Below are positions 1 to 8,424 of a stretch of DNA of 35,956 bases, piece after piece. Both the position numbers and the translations under genes were made by a program. Origin of the DNA: Gemmatimonadota bacterium (GTDB lineage: Bacteria > Gemmatimonadota > Gemmatimonadetes > Gemmatimonadales > Gemmatimonadaceae); assembly GCA_040389905.1 (NCBI GenBank), contig JAZJZK010000035.1, forward strand, positions 1-35,956, in the 5' to 3' direction. Position 1 is the first letter of the stretch; every line of letters begins with the position of its first letter. The notes under the pieces are model-generated. The model made no database searches, was not told where the DNA came from, and saw nothing but the letters and a program-made list of their open reading frames with translations.

Positions 1-39
1 GTCCTCTGCGGTGAAGCTTTTGTGCTTTGCTGCAGTTCC
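1..39. repeat. Probable right-arm remnant of the 9-nt-period palindromic element family, cut by the window edge
   Basis: gtcctctgcggt (1-12) matches gtcctctgtggt (8385-8396) at 11/12, and both are followed by cagttcc (33-39 and 8402-8408). Confidence 0.45.
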
Positions 40-79
40 TAACTGAACAGCATTGAGCCTAGCCTAAGCCTAGCCTAAC

Positions 80-104
80 TGTCACCCCGAGCGACGGGGT
101 GACA
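80..104. other. Perfect 10-bp hairpin downstream of the permease; possible terminator or REP-like palindrome
   Basis: tgtcaccccg-agcga-cggggtgaca, about 30 nt past the permease stop; no U-tract on the minus strand; preceded by short agcct repeats (57-76). Confidence 0.45.
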
Positions 105-136
105 ACGTGCTGCCTGTTACTTGCGAATCGCGCCAC

Positions 137-2767
137 TCAGTCGGCGGAAAGCGCCTCCAAGGGCTTGATCCGCGCGGCTCGCAATCCCGGTAGCCAACTC
201 GCAAGCGCCGCGATGGCGAGCAGCACGACGATTGAAAGCACGAGCGTGAGTGGATCGGTCGCGCCAACCTGAAAGAGCAACGAGCCAAGCCAGCGCGACT
301 CGAACAACGTCGCGATCAAGCCAATAGCCGTGCCGATGGCAGCGTACCGCATCCCGCGCACGACGACGAGTTGGATCAGCGACGCGGGTGATGCGCCGAG
401 TGCGACACGAACGCCCATCTCCCTCCTCCGCTGCCGAACCACGTAGGACATCAGCCCAAAAATGCCGAGTGCCGCGAGGACGACGCCGGCAATCGCGAAT
501 GTGCCGACGACGACGGTCCACCGGCGGGGATCACCGAGCGCCACATCGATGCGATCGGCCAGCGCGATGTCCACGGGCGCCAACTCGGGGTCGAGTGCTG
601 CAATCGTCGCTCTGAGAGCGCGCAACGTCGCTGCTTGTCCCGTCGCGCTTCGGACCACGAGGTTGAGGGAGTTGCCACCACCTTGGGCGAGGGGCGCGTA
701 CACGGCGTCGTTTTCCCCGGCGAGCCCGGAATACTTCACGTCCGCGACCACGCCAATCACGGTGGTCGGCGGGCACGTGTTGCAGCCGCCGTTGTACAAT
801 TGCCGCCCGACGGCACGTTCGCGCGGGTAGTACTTCGCCGCCCAGGCCTGGCTGACGATGACAACCGGCGGGCCGTTCGCGGAATCCGCGTCAGTGAACA
901 TGCGCCCGTCGAGCAGGCGGATACCCATGGTCGCGAAATAGCCCGGTGAAACCTGCGGCCAGGGCGCCAGTGGTTGTGACGCGCCCGCGGGGACCGGCTT
1001 ATCGAGCAGATCGAAGTTGTTCACGTTCCCGAAGAGATCCGGCGGGAGGCCATCCGTGAGACCCGCGCTCGTCACACCGACCACCTCGCGCACATGTTGC
1101 TCCGCACGCCGCCAGAAGTCCTGCGCCTTCGCATTATCGGCGTATCGAATGGAAGGAAGCGACACCGACAGCGCGTACGCGCCGGCCGGATCGAATCCTG
1201 GATTGACGCGCTGGAGTTGAAGAAAGCTGTTGAACAGCAGTCCAGCGCCCATGAGCAGCGGCAGGGCGAGTGCAAACTCGCTGACGACCAGCGCGCCGCG
1301 GATCGCGTTCGCCCGACGTCCGGCACCGGCACGGCTCGGTGATCCCACGAGACCGGCCGTGCCGCTCCCACTCCCGGCGAGCACCGAAGAAACCGGAGCG
1401 AGGCTGACGAGAACTCCGGCAACGACTGAAACGGTAACGGCAAACACGACACCGCTGCCGTGCAGCGCCACCTCGGAGAGTCGCGGCAAGTTGGGTGCGA
1501 CGAGCGCGACGATCTTGAGACACACCGCAGCGAGTCCGAGTCCCATCGATCCAGCGAGCACGGTGAGCGCGAGACACTCGGAGACAATCAGGCGCACGAT
1601 GCGGATGCGACCCGCCCCGAGCGCGGTGCGAACGGACAACTCGTGTTCGCGCGCCGAGGTGCGAACCAGCATCAACGTCGCCACGTTGGCGATGGCAAGC
1701 AGCAGGACGAGCGCGACCGCGCCGGCAAACAACCCGACCTGCCGATCCGATGAGCCGATGATGGAGTCGCGGAGCGGCACCGGTGTCAGCCTCGCGCTGC
1801 TGTCCTGGAAGCCAGCCTTCCAGACCGGAAAAATGCGCTCGCTGATTCCGGCGAGATCCTTCGACGCCGCAGTGAGCGTGACGTCATCCTTAAAACGACC
1901 GTAGCCGCGAAAACCGAATGGGCCGCGACGATTTGGCGTCGTGAGTTGCATGGCACGCCACGCAACCGCGCGAATTCCAGCGAGGTCGTTGCGGCCCGCT
2001 TCGAGCACGCCTACAACGACGTGGCTCACTCCATCGAGCGTAATCGACTTCCCCACCGCCTCGGCCTCCCCTCCGAGCGACCGCTCGGCGAAACGCTGTG
2101 AAACGACGACGGTCGGTGGCGCTCCCAACACGTCATCGCCCGGTTCCAGAAGCCGGCCCCTGACCGCCCGGACGCCGAGCGCCTTGAAGAAGCCGGATGT
2201 GGCGCGGCCTACCGGCGCGCGCTCTGGAGTGCCTGCACCCGCGATGGTCGACGCCCCGGGCTGTGCGGCGCCGAACGCAGCGAACGCGCGTTGCTGGTTG
2301 GCGATCGCCTGGATATCGACGACGGAAATCGTCCCCAGGTTGTCTCCCGAATACTTCTGGTACACGCGAACGAGTCGGTCCGGGTCCGGATACGGCAATC
2401 CGGCGAGGAGGACACGATCGACAACGGTGAAGACCGCAGTCCCCGCGCCGATTCCGATTCCGAGCACCGCGATGACGGCCAGCGTGAAGCCGTAGTTCCT
2501 TCGCAGCGCACGCAGGGAATAGCGCACGTCGGCGATCAATTCCTCGAAGGGCCGAACACCCTGTGCCTCGCGTGTCTCTTCTTTCACATGCCGCAGGCCT
2601 CCGAGTGCAATGAGGGCGTCTCGTCTCGCGCCGGTATGTCCCGCGCGCTCACGCGCTTCCATTTCTCGTGCAATGTGATCCCGGAGTTCTTCGTCGAGCT
2701 CGCGGTCAGTCTGCGCGCGAAAGACGAGTGCCTTGACGCGCTCGACGAGATCGATGAAGGGATTCAT
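137..2767 (-). CDS. ABC-type permease with duplicated MacB_PCD+FtsX units (ADOP / acidobacterial duplicated orphan permease type), 876 aa
   Basis: N-terminal DRELDEELRDH...ALIALGG prefix, DVRYSLRALRRNYGFTL, and two RxxExxVRxALGA FtsX motifs; start reassigned to ATG 2767, overlapping the padR stop (ATGA). Confidence 0.9.
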   Translation of the reverse strand: MNPFIDLVERVKALVFRAQTDRELDEELRDHIAREMEARERAGHTGARRDALIALGGLRHVKEETREAQGVRPFEELIADVRYSLRALRRNYGFTLAVIAVLGIGIGAGTAVFTVVDRVLLAGLPYPDPDRLVRVYQKYSGDNLGTISVVDIQAIANQQRAFAAFGAAQPGASTIAGAGTPERAPVGRATSGFFKALGVRAVRGRLLEPGDDVLGAPPTVVVSQRFAERSLGGEAEAVGKSITLDGVSHVVVGVLEAGRNDLAGIRAVAWRAMQLTTPNRRGPFGFRGYGRFKDDVTLTAASKDLAGISERIFPVWKAGFQDSSARLTPVPLRDSIIGSSDRQVGLFAGAVALVLLLAIANVATLMLVRTSAREHELSVRTALGAGRIRIVRLIVSECLALTVLAGSMGLGLAAVCLKIVALVAPNLPRLSEVALHGSGVVFAVTVSVVAGVLVSLAPVSSVLAGSGSGTAGLVGSPSRAGAGRRANAIRGALVVSEFALALPLLMGAGLLFNSFLQLQRVNPGFDPAGAYALSVSLPSIRYADNAKAQDFWRRAEQHVREVVGVTSAGLTDGLPPDLFGNVNNFDLLDKPVPAGASQPLAPWPQVSPGYFATMGIRLLDGRMFTDADSANGPPVVIVSQAWAAKYYPRERAVGRQLYNGGCNTCPPTTVIGVVADVKYSGLAGENDAVYAPLAQGGGNSLNLVVRSATGQAATLRALRATIAALDPELAPVDIALADRIDVALGDPRRWTVVVGTFAIAGVVLAALGIFGLMSYVVRQRRREMGVRVALGASPASLIQLVVVRGMRYAAIGTAIGLIATLFESRWLGSLLFQVGATDPLTLVLSIVVLLAIAALASWLPGLRAARIKPLEALSAD

Positions 2768-3114
2768 GTGTGGCCTCCGGCCAGACGCACGCGGAGGATT
2801 CCGTTCACGGCCTCCGACGCGCGCTCCCAGAGACTCGCCTCTGTCTCGAGCTGGCGCTTTCCCGCAGCGGTGAGGAGGTAGTAGCGCGCGCGCCGGTTGT
2901 TCTCTGACGTGCGCCATTCGGACTTCACCCATCCCTTTCGCTTCATGCGCTGCAGGGCGGGGTAGAGCGATCCCTGTTGGACGCGAAAGACATCATTCGA
3001 CAACTGATCGATGCGCTGGGCGATCCCCCAGCCATGCATCGGTTCGAGGCTCAGTGCCTTGAGCACGAGCAACTCGAGTGTACCCTGCAGGAGATCCTTG
3101 CGGGGAGTCGGCAT
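2764..3114 (-). CDS. PadR-family transcriptional regulator (acidobacterial type)
   Basis: LLQGTLELLVLKAL, HGWGIAQRI, GSLYPALQRM, SENNRRARYY; coupled to the permease. Confidence 0.92.
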   Translation of the reverse strand: MPTPRKDLLQGTLELLVLKALSLEPMHGWGIAQRIDQLSNDVFRVQQGSLYPALQRMKRKGWVKSEWRTSENNRRARYYLLTAAGKRQLETEASLWERASEAVNGILRVRLAGGHT

Positions 3115-3215
3115 CGTTCCTCCAGATGGTCTGAAGGAGAGACACCGGGTTGCACCGAAGGGTTGGGTTCCGCGACAAGGATACCTCTATATTTCCGGAA
3201 GATGACTGAACTGTC

Positions 3216-3722
3216 GTGACGAATTCCCCCTGGGCCGAACCGCAAGGCGCGTACGCCATCCTCGCCCTGCTCTCGCTGGGCGTCCTCGGCGCAACGCTGG
3301 CGCCCGGAGGGTGGCGCGACCGTCGGCGTCGCGCGGCGCGCATCGTGGCTTCGTCGGTGCTCGTCGGCGTGGCGCTCTCGCTCGTCTGGCCGCGTCTCAC
3401 GGTCCCTGCCGTCGCGGAGTTGGACGCGAGTACGTTGCCTGCGGAGCGCATTGCCGGTGTGTGGCGCGATGGCGTCGATACACTTCGCCTCGCGCAGCAG
3501 GGCACCTTCGAATGCCGCGGGGTAAAGTGCTCAGGTTTCGGCGCTCGCGGAACATGGAGCCGCGAGTCGGACGGAACGCTCCTCGTCCGCTGGAGTGACG
3601 GGCACACGGTGCCCTGGCGCATCGTCGAGTACCACGGGCGACTGCGACTGGGTCTCAAGCCGCCGCCGCATGCCGGTGCCGCATGGGAAGGGCATCTCTC
3701 GTTCGAGCGGGTCGAACCGTGA
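3216..3722 (+). CDS. Hypothetical membrane-anchored protein (two TM segments plus a beta-rich C-terminal domain)
   Basis: 168-aa ORF with two hydrophobic stretches and a CRGVKC Cys pair; stop overlaps the next GTG; TATATT at 3188-3193 upstream. Confidence 0.65.
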   Translation: MTNSPWAEPQGAYAILALLSLGVLGATLAPGGWRDRRRRAARIVASSVLVGVALSLVWPRLTVPAVAELDASTLPAERIAGVWRDGVDTLRLAQQGTFECRGVKCSGFGARGTWSRESDGTLLVRWSDGHTVPWRIVEYHGRLRLGLKPPPHAGAAWEGHLSFERVEP

Positions 3723-4951
3723 CCTCACCGCGCGTCGTGGTCGTTGGCGCGGGTGCGGCCGGCTTGATGGCCGCGATCTTCGCCGCGTCAGCCGGGGCCG
3801 AGACGATACTCGTGGAGCGCACGCGCGACGGCGGGCGCAAGATTCTCATCAGCGGCGGCGGGCGATGCAACATCCTCCCCTCCGTCCTCGATGAGACGCG
3901 GTACGTCACCGACTCTTCCGTCAACACGCTCCGGAAGATGATCCGAAGCTGGCCGCTCGCGGAGCAACGCGCGTTCTTCGAGAGCGACGTTGGCATCGCA
4001 CTCGTGGAGGAGAGTGAATCGCGCAAGCTGTTTCCCGCGTCGCACAAGGCGCGCGACGTCCGTGACGGTTTGCTCGCACTGGCGCGGCGTCGCGGGGTCT
4101 CGGTGTTCTTCGAAACGCAGGTGACTGATATCGTCGCACAGCCAGCGGGTTGGTCAGTACTGTGCAATGGCGCACCGTCGATGGATGCAGATGCCGTCAT
4201 CGTTGCGACGGGTGGACTCTCGGTGCCCGCCACGGGAAGCGATGGCACTGGCCTGCGTGTACTCGAGAAGCTCGGCCACACGATCCACCAGACGTACGCA
4301 GCATTGACGCCGATCGTCGTTTCACCCTCTCCCTTCGTGAGTCTTGCCGGCATTTCGCTCCCGGTGACGATGACGGCGACGAGTCGCGACCGCACGGCGA
4401 GTGCCACCGGTGGCTTTCTCTTCACCCACATCGGTTACAGTGGTCCTTCGGTGCTCGATGTCTCACACGTCGTTGTGCGCGCGCGCGCGGAATCGGCGTC
4501 GCCGCCGGCGAGGATCACCATCCAGTGGGCGCCCCTTGGGGATGCGGAGTGGGCGGATCGCCTCCGCCCTCGCGGGGCGCGTACCGTCTTGGCGGCCGTG
4601 CGTGGCGAGCTTCCGGATCGTCTCGCCGCGCATCTCATCGACGCAGCGCGCATTCCAGGAGATCGCGTGCTGAGCGAGCTTCAGCGCGATGAGCGGCTTC
4701 GACTCATGGACGTACTGGTCCGTTCCGAATTGCCATGGACCAGCGACGAAGGATACAAGAAGGCGGAAGTCACTGGCGGCGGTGTCAGTCTCGCTGAGGT
4801 GGACCCGCGCACGATGGAAAGCCGTCGTTGTCCGGGGCTCTACCTCTGCGGCGAGGTACTCGACGCGTTCGGTCCAATCGGTGGCTACAACTTTCTCTGG
4901 GCATGGGCAACAGGCCGCGCCGCGGGACTCGGCGTCATGCGAAATCGGTGA
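3719..4951 (+). CDS. HI0933/YhiN/BaiN-family NAD(P)/FAD-dependent oxidoreductase
   Basis: GAGAAG, KILISGGGRCN, ATGGLSVP.TGSDGTG, AEVTGGGV, GEVLD.FGPIGGYNF motifs; GTG 3719 overlaps the upstream TGA. Confidence 0.92.
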   Translation: MTSPRVVVVGAGAAGLMAAIFAASAGAETILVERTRDGGRKILISGGGRCNILPSVLDETRYVTDSSVNTLRKMIRSWPLAEQRAFFESDVGIALVEESESRKLFPASHKARDVRDGLLALARRRGVSVFFETQVTDIVAQPAGWSVLCNGAPSMDADAVIVATGGLSVPATGSDGTGLRVLEKLGHTIHQTYAALTPIVVSPSPFVSLAGISLPVTMTATSRDRTASATGGFLFTHIGYSGPSVLDVSHVVVRARAESASPPARITIQWAPLGDAEWADRLRPRGARTVLAAVRGELPDRLAAHLIDAARIPGDRVLSELQRDERLRLMDVLVRSELPWTSDEGYKKAEVTGGGVSLAEVDPRTMESRRCPGLYLCGEVLDAFGPIGGYNFLWAWATGRAAGLGVMRNR

Positions 4952-4958
4952 GGATGCG

Positions 4959-5432
4959 ATGCTCGAGTTGAATAGCACGCGATGGAGCGAACTCTCGCAC
5001 GCCTTCGGTTCGGCGGAGGACGTGCCACGGCTCCTCGAGGCCCTGTCTGCGTACGAGGGCCATCAGGAGCGCGCGGAGTTGTGGTACGGGTTGTCCGCCC
5101 TGCTGTGTCAGGAAGGTGTCGTGTCCACCGCCGCCTACGCAGCGGTGCCCCACCTGATTGCGATCACATGGGGACAGGACGCCCTGGAGCGAACAGCCGC
5201 GATGCACCTGGTCGTGGAGATCGAGACGGCACGCCAGCGCCCTGGCTCGCCGCCGATTCCCGCCGACCTGTTGGTTGATTACGCGGCCACCGTCGAATCG
5301 CTTCCCGCACGCGTGCATGAGTTGGCGGCGATTTCGTGGGATGTACCGACGGCGCAGGTGATGGCAGCAGCGCTCCTCGTCGGCAAGCGACAGCCAGCGC
5401 TCGCGAGGGCCGTCCTCGATCTCGAGCGCTGA
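4959..5432 (+). CDS. Conserved hypothetical alpha-helical (HEAT-like) protein
   Basis: WSELSHAFGSAEDVPRLL and LCQEGVVSTAAYAAVPHL resemble a widespread uncharacterised family; gagga upstream of ATG 4959. Confidence 0.7.
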   Translation: MLELNSTRWSELSHAFGSAEDVPRLLEALSAYEGHQERAELWYGLSALLCQEGVVSTAAYAAVPHLIAITWGQDALERTAAMHLVVEIETARQRPGSPPIPADLLVDYAATVESLPARVHELAAISWDVPTAQVMAAALLVGKRQPALARAVLDLER

Positions 5433-6398
5433 CTACATCTCGAATTCGTGCGCGAAGGTGACGTTGAACGCGAAGGTCTTGGCGCGGGTGCGCGATTCCA
5501 TCGCATCGGCGACGCGCTCGAGACGCTTCGGAATACCCAGGATCTTCTCCTGCGCCTTCTTGCCGATTTCGTCGAGTCCCGTCATCGTCTCGACCGCCCA
5601 GAACTTGATCTGCTCTTCGACGATGGTCAGATAGTCACGCGGTCCGTAGATACCCGCGCGCCGGATGACGTCGGCCATGTCGCGGAAGTTGGGCATGTTC
5701 ACGCCAGGCATGTCGATCGACGGCATGATCTCCGCCGCGGACGCGAGTCCGGTATTCGGATCGCGTGCGAGTACTTCCTTGAAGATCGTACGGTAGAAGG
5801 TGTAGTGGCGCGCTTCCTCCTTCGCGACGTTGGACAGCACCGTTCCGATCGTGGGTTCGTATTTGCCAGCGAGCTTGCCGGTGTTGGCGTGGCTGACCTG
5901 GGTCGCGCGCTCCTGGAGCGTGGTGTACACGAACACCCGGTACGGATCCTTGTCCCACGCCGGCTCGAAGCCTGCCTTGATGTACTCGAACTGCATGCGC
6001 TCGAGGACCGGGTTATCGAGGATCTTCGTGTCGTGCATGTAGTCGTGCAGCACGGCGCCGTGCCGATCCTCCTCGGCGGTCCACAGATTGGTCCACTTCA
6101 CCCAGAAGGTATCTGCGCCGAGGTACTGCGAGAGCAGCCGGTGAAAATGGGGCAGGCCCTCTTCGGTCAGCAGGTTGAGCGCAAGAGCGACGCGCGCCGG
6201 CAAGCTGATGCCGTCGGAGCGACTTCGGAGCTCGCGAATGTGCGCGTCCGGGTCGGTGTCCGGCGCCGGCGCGAGCAGCTCGCTCGGAAACCAGAGAATT
6301 CGCTTGGCTTCGTGCTTGACCATCAGGTCGTGCACGACGCCCTCGAGATCCGCCAGTACTTCGACCTTCGCGAGCGTCTCGGCTTCTTGAGGTGTCAT
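5433..6398 (-). CDS. Soluble di-iron acyl-ACP desaturase (FA_desaturase_2, DesA-like)
   Basis: NLLTEEGLP, WTAEEDRHG, YTTLQERATQVSH and KEEARH (two ExxH di-iron motifs), MPG. Confidence 0.92.
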   Translation of the reverse strand: MTPQEAETLAKVEVLADLEGVVHDLMVKHEAKRILWFPSELLAPAPDTDPDAHIRELRSRSDGISLPARVALALNLLTEEGLPHFHRLLSQYLGADTFWVKWTNLWTAEEDRHGAVLHDYMHDTKILDNPVLERMQFEYIKAGFEPAWDKDPYRVFVYTTLQERATQVSHANTGKLAGKYEPTIGTVLSNVAKEEARHYTFYRTIFKEVLARDPNTGLASAAEIMPSIDMPGVNMPNFRDMADVIRRAGIYGPRDYLTIVEEQIKFWAVETMTGLDEIGKKAQEKILGIPKRLERVADAMESRTRAKTFAFNVTFAHEFEM

Positions 6399-6461
6399 CC
6401 AGCTAAATCTGGCACGTTGAGCGCGGTGGGTCCAGCGGTTGAGCCCTGACGGACTCAGGTT

Positions 6462-6609
6462 ACAGGGGACAGGAGACAGGGGACAGGAGACAGGGGACAG
6501 GGGACAGGTGACAGGGGACAGGGGACAGGAGACAGGTCACAGCGACTCACGTGTACCTTGTTGTTGTTGTCGTTCCTGACCCCTGTCTCCTGTCCCCTGT
6601 CCCCTGTCA
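6462..6609. repeat. Heptamer tandem repeat (ACAGGGG/ACAGGAG x11) with inverted copies (CCTGTCC-like x5)
   Basis: 11 units at 6462-6538; reverse-complement units at 6575-6609, ending at the yaeQ ATG. Confidence 0.95.
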
Positions 6610-7148
6610 TGGCTCTCACCGCCACGATCTACAACTTCGACGTCCAGTTGGCCGACGTCGATCGCAATGTCTACGAATCGCTCTCGTTCAAGGTCGCCTG
6701 CCAACCGTCGGAGACCGAGGAATACCTCATGTCGCGTGTCCTTGCCTACTGTCTCGAGTTTCGCGAAGGCATCGCGTTCTCGAAGGGCATCGCCGAGCCC
6801 GATGTTCCAGCGCTATCCGTCCGCGACCTCACGGGCGCGCTGCAGGTGTGGGTCGAAGTCGGAGCGCCCGATGCGGCGCGGCTCCATAAGGCGAGCAAGG
6901 CGTCACCGCGCGTGGTCATCTACACGCATCGGGACGCCGCGCGACTCGCCAGCCAGCTGGCCGGCGAGAAGATCCATCGCGTCGAGGCGCTCGAACTCTA
7001 TGGCATCGACCGCGAGTTGATCGACGGACTGGTGACGCGGCTCGACCGGCGCAACGCATGGGAGATGTCCGTCACGGACAGGCATGTCTATGTCGCTGTG
7101 CAAGGCGATACGATCGAAGGCGACATCATCCGGCACGCCGTGGCGTAG
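6609..7148 (+). CDS. yaeQ: YaeQ family protein
   Basis: MALTATIYNFDVQLADVDR, PSETEEYLMSRVLAY, WVEVGAPDAARLHKASK match the YaeQ pattern. Confidence 0.9.
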   Translation: MALTATIYNFDVQLADVDRNVYESLSFKVACQPSETEEYLMSRVLAYCLEFREGIAFSKGIAEPDVPALSVRDLTGALQVWVEVGAPDAARLHKASKASPRVVIYTHRDAARLASQLAGEKIHRVEALELYGIDRELIDGLVTRLDRRNAWEMSVTDRHVYVAVQGDTIEGDIIRHAVA

Positions 7149-7161
7149 GCGAAACCGCGAA

Positions 7162-8073
7162 TCACTGCGTTTCGATGTAGCTCCGCAACAACGTTAGCAT
7201 CCGTGTGTCGGTCTCGATGACGTCATCGAGCTTTGGCGTCTCAATGACCTTTGGTATTCGCGCGAGCCGCTCGTCGTTCATGATGCGACGAAATGGAGCG
7301 GCACCGAGTGAACCCTCGGCGATGAGCTCATGCCGGTCTCGTCGCGACGCAAAGGGAGTCTTCGAGTCATTGAGGTGCATGACTTTGAGCCGGTCGAGTC
7401 CCATCGCATCGTTCAGCCGCGCGAACACGCCGCCGTAGTCCTTCACGAGATCGTAGCCCGCCGAATAGACGTGGCAGGTGTCGATGCACACGCCCATGCG
7501 ATCCTGAAAGGAACGATCGACAAGCGAGATGATCGCGGCGAGTTCTTCGAATGTCGCGCCGAGCGATGTTCCGCTTCCGGCGGTTGCTTCGAGGCAGAGG
7601 ACGGTCGCGCCCGGAGCCGCGGCGAATGCCTCATTGATCGCGTCGGCGTTCCGAGCGATACCGGACTCGCGTTCGTCCATGTAGTTCCCCGGATGCGACA
7701 CGAGATAGTCCAGCCCCAGGGCAGCGCAGCGCCGCAGTTCCTTCGTGAATGAATCGATGGAGCGTGCGCGCAGGACGGGATCCGGGCTGGCGAGATTGAT
7801 CAGGTAGGAATCGTGCGCCATCGTCGCGCGAACCGAGGTGGCCGCCAGCTCCGACCGAAACGCACGACACTCGTCGTCCTCGCAATCGCGCTCGGCCCAT
7901 CGGTTTCCCATCTTGGTGAACAGCTGCATGGCCGTCGCGCCAATGGCCGCGGCACGCGCCGGTGCATTGGGGACGCCACCCGCGGCGCTGACGTGTGCGC
8001 CAAGCAGGAGCGGTGGCTGGGCGTTCGCGCTGACTCTCTTCGGCCGTGCCTTCGACGTGCGAGCCGGACTCAC
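7162..8073 (-). CDS. nfo: Endonuclease IV (AP endonuclease)
   Basis: LGAHVSAAGG, HDSYLINLAS, HPG, CIDTCH, HLNDSK, DRHE, ETPK; start placed at GTG 8073 overlapping the upstream stop (could be a few codons later). Confidence 0.93.
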   Translation of the reverse strand: MSPARTSKARPKRVSANAQPPLLLGAHVSAAGGVPNAPARAAAIGATAMQLFTKMGNRWAERDCEDDECRAFRSELAATSVRATMAHDSYLINLASPDPVLRARSIDSFTKELRRCAALGLDYLVSHPGNYMDERESGIARNADAINEAFAAAPGATVLCLEATAGSGTSLGATFEELAAIISLVDRSFQDRMGVCIDTCHVYSAGYDLVKDYGGVFARLNDAMGLDRLKVMHLNDSKTPFASRRDRHELIAEGSLGAAPFRRIMNDERLARIPKVIETPKLDDVIETDTRMLTLLRSYIETQ

Positions 8074-8273
8074 TCGGCGATGACCGGCGCGCCGCGCAGC
8101 ACGCGTCCGCATCGCGGGCAGTGGATATCGCCGGACTCGGCCAGCGCATAATCGTACGGTCGTCCACAGACACAATGACTCTCGAGCTCGGAATTGCCGC
8201 AGACGATGCAGAACTCGTCATCGGCGTCGTAGGCGCGAAAGCGGCCGCAGACCGCACATCGTTTGGTGATCAT
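8070..8273 (-). CDS. Small double zinc-ribbon protein, 67 aa
   Basis: CAVC, CIVC, CVC and CPRC motifs; ATG 8273; the ORF-track N-terminal extension is translated repeat DNA. Confidence 0.75.
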   Translation of the reverse strand: MITKRCAVCGRFRAYDADDEFCIVCGNSELESHCVCGRPYDYALAESGDIHCPRCGRVLRGAPVIAE

Positions 8274-8310
8274 GTGAGGCTTCTTTGAAAGCAAAGAAAA
8301 ACAACAAATG

Positions 8311-8397
8311 AACCACAGAGGACACAGAGGACACGGAGGACACGGAGGAGTACGGAGAGAAATGCAGTCCTCTGTGTCCTCTGTGTCCTCTGTGGTT
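8311..8397. repeat. 31-bp inverted repeat built from 9-nt units (ACAGAGGAC)
   Basis: aaccacagaggacacagaggacacggaggac (8311-8341) pairs with gtcctctgtgtcctctgtgtcctctgtggtt (8367-8397), with one G.T. Confidence 0.95.
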
Positions 8398-8424
8398 AAT
8401 TCAGTTCCGAAGTCCACCTCCGCC

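Noticed and set aside
6462..6609. Possible CRISPR array
   Set aside because: Units are 7 nt with no unique spacers, and there are no cas genes; the same holds for the 9-nt repeats at 8311
8274..8417. N-terminal extension (TTEDTEDTED...PPCPPCPLCPLW) of the zinc-ribbon ORF
   Set aside because: It is the translated 9-nt palindrome, not a protein domain
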